Source: Pseudomonadales bacterium (lineage in GTDB: Bacteria > Pseudomonadota > Gammaproteobacteria > Pseudomonadales > UBA7434). From it: a stretch of DNA of 64,000 bases. The notes under the pieces were generated by a model, which saw nothing but the letters and a program-made list of their open reading frames with translations, was not told the DNA's origin and did not search any database. The stretch covers positions 3,520 to 67,519 of the forward strand of contig CBFHXO010000003.1 of assembly GCA_965659815.1 (NCBI GenBank), given 5' to 3'. Each line of letters begins with the position of its first letter. The first letter of the stretch is position 1. Positions 58,657 to 64,000 of the stretch are shown here, piece by piece. Position numbers and translations under genes: made by a program.

Positions 58657-59712
58657 TCAATTTTTCGATCGTTTGCACTCACCGTTTTCGCTAATAAACT
58701 GAGCCAAATCCAGCATGCGATTAGCAAATGCCCATTCGTTATCAAACCAGATTAAAACATTCGCTGTAGTGCCGGCACTCACACGCGTTTGCGTGCCGTC
58801 AATAATACCCGAGCGCGAATCGTGGTTAAAATCACAAGAGGCCAACAATTCTTCGGTATAACCCAACACACCCACTAACCCCTGTTGCGAGGCCGCTTTA
58901 AGGCAATCGTTAAGCTGCTCAATGCTTGTTGAGCGCTTTAAATTAACCGTGACATTTAACGCCGAGACATTATTCACAGGAACGCGTAAAGCATGCGCAA
59001 CGAACTTGCCACTCAGTTCGGGCAACACGCGATCGATACCCTGCGCTAACAGCGTATCAACGGGAATAATCGATTGGGAGGCCGCGCGGTTACGACGCAA
59101 GTCTTGACTATGATAGGCATCAATAACGGGTTGGTCATGCATTGAGGCATGAATGGTGGTTACCACACCATTGGCAACACCGAACGCACTATTGAGCACC
59201 GATAACACCGGTATTAACGCATTACTGGTACACGATGCGGCAGAGATAACCGTTTCATTATTGTAGTCCTGCTGGTGGTTAACACCATAAACTAAAGCCG
59301 GGATATCGCCCTCACCAGGATTTGATAACAGCACCCGCTGTGCACCGCTGTTGATATGTTGTTGCGCCTGGGTGAGCGTTGTAACTGCACCGGTGCATTC
59401 CATCACTAAATCAATCGCTGATGTCTGCCAGGGCAAACAGGCAATATCCGGCTGTTGCAGTAAATCGATTGCAGTATCATTAATACATAACAGCGTGGCA
59501 TCGGCCGTTGCTTGGCAACTGACCTTGGCAGGAAAACGACCATGCGTACTGTCGTAGCGAGTCAGGTAGGCAATTTGCTCTGCGTCGGCAATTTCGTTAA
59601 TTGCAACGACACTTAACCCCGCTACTTGCTCACTACTGCTTTGCTGCCTTTCAAAAAAGGCCCGCAACACGCATCGCCCAACGCGACCATAACCATTAAT
59701 GGCTATGCGCAT
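58657..59712 (-). CDS. epd: Erythrose-4-phosphate dehydrogenase (GAPDH family)
   Basis: 351 aa. Collinear with E. coli Epd as recalled: INGYGRVGR, SCTSN, MHDQPVIDAYH, RRNRAASQSIIPVDT. It lies between tkt and pgk. Confidence 0.86.
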   Translation of the reverse strand: MRIAINGYGRVGRCVLRAFFERQQSSSEQVAGLSVVAINEIADAEQIAYLTRYDSTHGRFPAKVSCQATADATLLCINDTAIDLLQQPDIACLPWQTSAIDLVMECTGAVTTLTQAQQHINSGAQRVLLSNPGEGDIPALVYGVNHQQDYNNETVISAASCTSNALIPVLSVLNSAFGVANGVVTTIHASMHDQPVIDAYHSQDLRRNRAASQSIIPVDTLLAQGIDRVLPELSGKFVAHALRVPVNNVSALNVTVNLKRSTSIEQLNDCLKAASQQGLVGVLGYTEELLASCDFNHDSRSGIIDGTQTRVSAGTTANVLIWFDNEWAFANRMLDLAQFISENGECKRSKN

Positions 59713-61733
59713 TAGGCGGGTAATTGCTCTTCAATTAATGTACGCACCTCGTCGCTTACAGCGCTTGCTGTAATACCAAAGTGCTCAAACAAATGCTTGG
59801 CAGGTGCAGACTCACCAAACGTTTTCATGCCAACAACGCGACCATCAAGACCAACATACTTATACCAGAAGTCGACATGCGCCGCTTCAACCGCGACGCG
59901 ATTAATCACTTGAGCGGGTAACACTGACTCGCGGTAAGCTGCATCCTGCTGGTCAAAAGCAGTCGTACACGGCATGGATACCACGCGCACATGGTAACCT
60001 TCATTGCTTAACGCACTGGCCGACTCAACTGCAAGGCTCACTTCAGAGCCGGTGGCAATAATAATGGCATCGAGCTCATCAGCATTGGTCGCACCTTCAA
60101 TTAATACATAACCGCCTTTTTCAATATCGGCAACCTGGGTTGCATTGCGCGGTTGATGTGGCAAACCCTGGCGCGTAAAAATTAACGCCGTTGGGCTATT
60201 GGCTGCCTCGATCGCAAATTTCCAGGCCACCGCCGACTCAACAGTATCGCAAGGCCGCCAGGTGTGCAGGTTAGGCGTGGTGCGTAAATTTGCCAATTGC
60301 TCGACCGGTTGGTGAGTCGGGCCATCTTCGCCCAGGCCAATCGAATCGTGGGTGTAAACCAAAATACTGCGCTGCTTCATAATCGCAGCCATGCGTACCG
60401 CGTTGCGCGCGTATTCCATAAACACCAAAAAGGTAGCGCCGTAGGGAATAAAGCCGCCGTGCAAAGCCATACCGGTCATCATTGCCGACATACCGAATTC
60501 ACGTACGCCGTAGTTAATGTAGTTGCCACCGGCATTATCGGCGGTAATCACATCCGAACCCTGCCAAATCGTATTATTGGAACCGGCCAGGTCGGCAGAA
60601 CCGCCCAGCAACTCGGGTAGCGATGGGCCATAAGCATCGAGGCAGTTTTGCGAGGCCTTGCGGGTGGCAATACTGGCACCCTCAGCCTGGCACTGGGCAA
60701 TATAAGCACTGGCTTTTGTATGAAAATCGGCCGGCATCTCACCCGCCATGCGGCGCTGGTACTCAGCCGCCAATGCCGGGTGCGCTTTAGCGTATTCGGC
60801 AAAACTGGCCGACCAACTGGCTTCGGCCTCGGCACCGCGCGTCTTAGCATCCCAGTCGGCATATATATCGGCAGGAATTTCAAACGGTGCATGCGTCCAG
60901 CCCAATTCGGCACGGGCAGCGGCAACTTCATCATCACCTAATGCGGCGCCGTGAACACCCGAGGTGCCCTGCTTATTTGGCGAGCCAAAACCGATAATGG
61001 TTTTGCAGCAAATCAGCGTTGGGCGCTCAGTTTCAGCCTGCGCTGCTGTGATCGCCGCTTTCACTGCATCGGCGTCGTGACCGTCGACGTTAGCAAGTAC
61101 TTGCCAACCGTAAGCCTTAAAGCGGGCCGGGGTATTATCTGTAAACCAGCCCTCAACCTTACCATCGATAGAGATGCCGTTATCATCCCAAAACGCAATC
61201 AATTTACCCAGGCCCAGCGTGCCCGCCAGCGAGCAAGCCTCATGCGAAATACCTTCCATCAGACAGCCATCGCCAAGAAAACAGTAGGTATTGTGATCGA
61301 CGATATTATGACCATCGCGGTTAAACTGGCCCGCCAGTACTTTCTCGGCAACAGCCATACCCACAGCATTGGTAATACCCTGGCCCAGCGGGCCGGTGGT
61401 AGTTTCAACACCCGGTGCGTAACCGTACTCAGGGTGACCGGGTGTTTTGGCATGTAGCTGGCGGAAATTGCGCAGCTCTTCCATGGACAGATCATAACCT
61501 GCTAGATGCAGCAGCGAATAAATCAGCATGGAGCCATGGCCGTTTGACAGCACAAAACGGTCGCGGTTGTCCCAATCGGGGTTTTGTGGGTTATGCGTGA
61601 GGAAATCGTTCCACAGCACCTCGGCGATATCGGCCATACCCATGGGGGCACCGGGATGTCCGGAATTGGCTTGTTGAACAGCATCCATCGATAGTGCGCG
61701 GATGGCATTGGCGAGATCACGGCGTGAGGCCAT
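59712..61733 (-). CDS. tkt: Transketolase
   Basis: The track ORF extends to 61817. The ATG at 61733 gives the canonical N-terminus [28 protein letters not shown]. Confidence 0.95.
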   Translation of the reverse strand: MASRRDLANAIRALSMDAVQQANSGHPGAPMGMADIAEVLWNDFLTHNPQNPDWDNRDRFVLSNGHGSMLIYSLLHLAGYDLSMEELRNFRQLHAKTPGHPEYGYAPGVETTTGPLGQGITNAVGMAVAEKVLAGQFNRDGHNIVDHNTYCFLGDGCLMEGISHEACSLAGTLGLGKLIAFWDDNGISIDGKVEGWFTDNTPARFKAYGWQVLANVDGHDADAVKAAITAAQAETERPTLICCKTIIGFGSPNKQGTSGVHGAALGDDEVAAARAELGWTHAPFEIPADIYADWDAKTRGAEAEASWSASFAEYAKAHPALAAEYQRRMAGEMPADFHTKASAYIAQCQAEGASIATRKASQNCLDAYGPSLPELLGGSADLAGSNNTIWQGSDVITADNAGGNYINYGVREFGMSAMMTGMALHGGFIPYGATFLVFMEYARNAVRMAAIMKQRSILVYTHDSIGLGEDGPTHQPVEQLANLRTTPNLHTWRPCDTVESAVAWKFAIEAANSPTALIFTRQGLPHQPRNATQVADIEKGGYVLIEGATNADELDAIIIATGSEVSLAVESASALSNEGYHVRVVSMPCTTAFDQQDAAYRESVLPAQVINRVAVEAAHVDFWYKYVGLDGRVVGMKTFGESAPAKHLFEHFGITASAVSDEVRTLIEEQLPA

Positions 61734-62160
61734 TAAAATAGCTCCTGAATCAATGACGGCCTGCCAATGGTTACATCCGGCGGGTAGTTGTTTGCTCCCA
61801 ACGCGATGCGTAGCCAAAAGACGGCCCTAAAAAAGGGGCGCTATTGTCGCTTAAGCGGCCGCAATGGGCAATTTGTTTACCCGGTTTTAATCCCCACTGC
61901 GGCATAAAAAATGGGTTTACGGCATATTCAGCCGGCAAATGTTGCATTTCAGGCCAGATTTCCCAGCTCGCTACAGCAAAAGTCAATAACAAAACCGGCA
62001 AGTCAGTAGCAGTAATAATTGCGGCTGATCCCAAACTGAAATTCGCAATCGATATGCTAATATTTCAACCAATGGCGGTACTCACTTGCTGTGAGTATTT
62101 ATCCTCTCTAGCAACCATACTGAGCAAACATTGATAGCAAACAGGGACCCCAGACTCACC

Positions 62161-63078
62161 ATGACTAACAATGCATCCAACCACCCAGCCAGCTTTTCCC
62201 AACAACTTGCTAAAGTCCGCAGCCAGGCCGGCTTTATTGCCGCACTCGACCAAAGCGGCGGCAGCACACCTAAGGCCCTCAAGCTCTATGGTGTCGACGA
62301 GAATGCCTATAGCAATGACGATGAAATGTATGCGGCGGTGCACCAAATGCGCACTCGCATTATCACCAGCCCAGGCTTTAATGGTGACCGCGTACTCGGG
62401 GCAATCCTGTTTGAAAACACCCTCGACCGTGATATCGAAGGTCTTAACTCAGCGCGTTTTTTATGGGAGCAAAAAAATGTCGTGCCGTTTTTAAAGGTCG
62501 ATAAAGGCCTGGCCGACGAGCAGAACGCTGTGCAATTGATGAAGCCAATACCCGAGCTGGACGCATTACTGGCCAAAGCGCGGGCGCAAAACGTGTTTGG
62601 TACAAAAATGCGCTCGGTCATTAAGATGGCCAACAGCCAGGGCATTAGCGACATTGCCCAACAGCAATTTGACGTTGGCCAGCAAATTATCGCAGCCGGG
62701 CTGGTGCCAATACTAGAACCCGAAATTGATATTAACAGCCCCGAAAAAGCCCAGGCCGAAGCAGAACTCAAAGCGCAATTGTTACAACAGCTTGACCGGC
62801 TAGGCGAACAACAAAACGTAATGCTGAAGCTCACTCTGCCCGAGCAAGCCAACTTTTATCGCGAATGTATTGACCACCCGCGCGTCATTAAGGTGGTTGC
62901 CTTATCTGGCGGCTATAACCGCGACGAAGCTAATCGACGCACCACTGAAAACAACGGCATGATTGCCAGCTTCTCGCGTGCACTGACCGAAGGTCTTAAT
63001 GCCAATCAATCTGACCCGGATTTTAACCAGGCACTAGATAGTGCCATAGAATCGATTTACCAAGCCTCATCAACCTGA
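62161..63078 (+). CDS. Class I fructose-bisphosphate aldolase
   Basis: The ATG at 62161 is preferred over the track's TTG at 62131. Motifs GFIAALDQSGGSTPKAL, GAILFE and PFLKVDKGL (Schiff-base Lys region). Confidence 0.88.
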   Translation: MTNNASNHPASFSQQLAKVRSQAGFIAALDQSGGSTPKALKLYGVDENAYSNDDEMYAAVHQMRTRIITSPGFNGDRVLGAILFENTLDRDIEGLNSARFLWEQKNVVPFLKVDKGLADEQNAVQLMKPIPELDALLAKARAQNVFGTKMRSVIKMANSQGISDIAQQQFDVGQQIIAAGLVPILEPEIDINSPEKAQAEAELKAQLLQQLDRLGEQQNVMLKLTLPEQANFYRECIDHPRVIKVVALSGGYNRDEANRRTTENNGMIASFSRALTEGLNANQSDPDFNQALDSAIESIYQASST

Positions 63079-63225
63079 CAAGCCAGACTTGATAAGCTGG
63101 CAACCGCAACCCAGTTGCTGGCTTGTGCATATAACATAATACCCCCAATTGCGCGCACGTTTAGCGCGCAGACTCTGTTAAACTCCACCTCCTTTTTATT
63201 GACCAATGAGTTAGCAATAGAGTTT

Positions 63226-64000
63226 ATGGAATTTGTTGTTGGGCAACGCTGGGTAAGCCAGGCAGAGCCGCAGTTAGGGCTTGGGCTGGTAGTCGAAACG
63301 GACGGTCGACACATTACGTTAAATTTTCCGGCGGCGGAAGAAGACCGGATCTACGCCGCTAACAATGCGCCACTGGCGCGCATTATCTACCAGCCCGGCG
63401 ATACCATCCACGATATTGACCAAAACGAACTCACGGTTTCGGCGGTAGAGGTGCTGAACCAGCTTAATTATTACCTAACAGTTGATCTTAGTGGCGCCGA
63501 GCATATTATTCCCGAACCAAAAATTTCGGCATCGGTACAACTCAGCTCACCTACCCAGCGTCTTTACAGTGGTCAGTTTGATAAAAACTCCGCATTTCAA
63601 TTGCGCGCGGCAACCTTGCATTTTCGCTACCAGCTGCAAAACTCCCCGGCGCGTGGCCTACTCGGCCCTCGCACAAATTTACTGCGCCACCAGATTTATA
63701 TTGCCCATGAAGTGGCAGCCAGATATGCGCCACGAGTATTGCTGGCCGATGAAGTTGGTTTAGGTAAAACCATTGAAGCGGGCATGATTTTGCATCACCA
63801 GTTGCAAACTGGCTTAGCCAGCCGCGCCATTATTGTGGTGCCTGAAGCATTACTGCATCAGTGGCTGGTTGAAATGTTGCGCAAATTCAATTTACATTTT
63901 TCGCTGTTTGATAAAGGGCGTTACGACGCTATCAGCGAAGCAGATGAAGAAGCCAATCCTTTCGAATCGGAGCAACTGATTCTATGCAGCCTCGATTTAA
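63226..64000 (+). CDS. rapA: RNA polymerase-associated SNF2 ATPase RapA (HepA), N-terminal part; runs off the right edge
   Basis: Absent from the track because it has no stop. From the ATG at 63226 it reads MEFVVGQRWVSQAEPQLGLGLVVE...LLADEVGLGKTIEAGMILHHQL (helicase motif I). Confidence 0.9.
   Translation, partial: MEFVVGQRWVSQAEPQLGLGLVVETDGRHITLNFPAAEEDRIYAANNAPLARIIYQPGDTIHDIDQNELTVSAVEVLNQLNYYLTVDLSGAEHIIPEPKISASVQLSSPTQRLYSGQFDKNSAFQLRAATLHFRYQLQNSPARGLLGPRTNLLRHQIYIAHEVAARYAPRVLLADEVGLGKTIEAGMILHHQLQTGLASRAIIVVPEALLHQWLVEMLRKFNLHFSLFDKGRYDAISEADEEANPFESEQLILCSLDL

Overview
This is a 64-kb chromosomal window from a gammaproteobacterium. The taxon is inferred only from gene content and from gene order that mirrors E. 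coli/Pseudomonas. I could support about 58 protein genes, one ncRNA (6S RNA) and two decayed genes. I recognised no rRNA, tRNA, CRISPR array, transposase or integrase.

Housekeeping blocks:
- 7.1-22.6 kb holds the conserved string nnr-tsaE-amiB-mutL-miaA-hfq-hflX-hflK-hflC-DUF2065-hisZ-purA, with divergent queG.
- 43.3-52.5 kb holds ubiI-ubiH-pepP-ygfB, then divergent TIGR02449-zapA-ssrS-ygfA, then rpiA.
- 55.8-64 kb holds folE, an alpha/beta hydrolase, pgk-epd-tkt, a divergent class I aldolase, and the start of rapA.

Accessory stretches, dominated by metabolism of hydrophobic compounds, lie between these blocks:
- A TetR divergon with an SDR, a DUF1214-like protein and an epoxide hydrolase, facing a sulfotransferase.
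- A Rieske oxygenase, an LLM oxidoreductase, an acyl-CoA dehydrogenase and a 3-alpha-HSD-like SDR.
- A cytochrome P450 and a quinohemoprotein alcohol dehydrogenase.

I found no recognisable defence, mobile or CRISPR-type system. The candidates for something undescribed are:
1. A co-directional five-gene envelope module, 27.9-33.7 kb: lipocalin, SDR, MMPL/RND exporter, orphan outer-membrane (OM) barrel, LolA-like carrier.
2. A mer-like, Cys-rich metal-handling operon with no merA or merR, 35.7-37.7 kb, followed by a decayed peroxiredoxin-like gene.
3. An aminopeptidase P fused to a roughly 170-aa poly-lysine tail, next to an acid-expanded YgfB.
4. A 50-bp perfect palindrome that forms a symmetric bidirectional promoter/operator, with a near-identical half-site 21 kb away.

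Limits: all family calls come from motif recognition by eye, with no searches run. Coordinates of non-ORF features are hand-counted and may be off by a few nucleotides.
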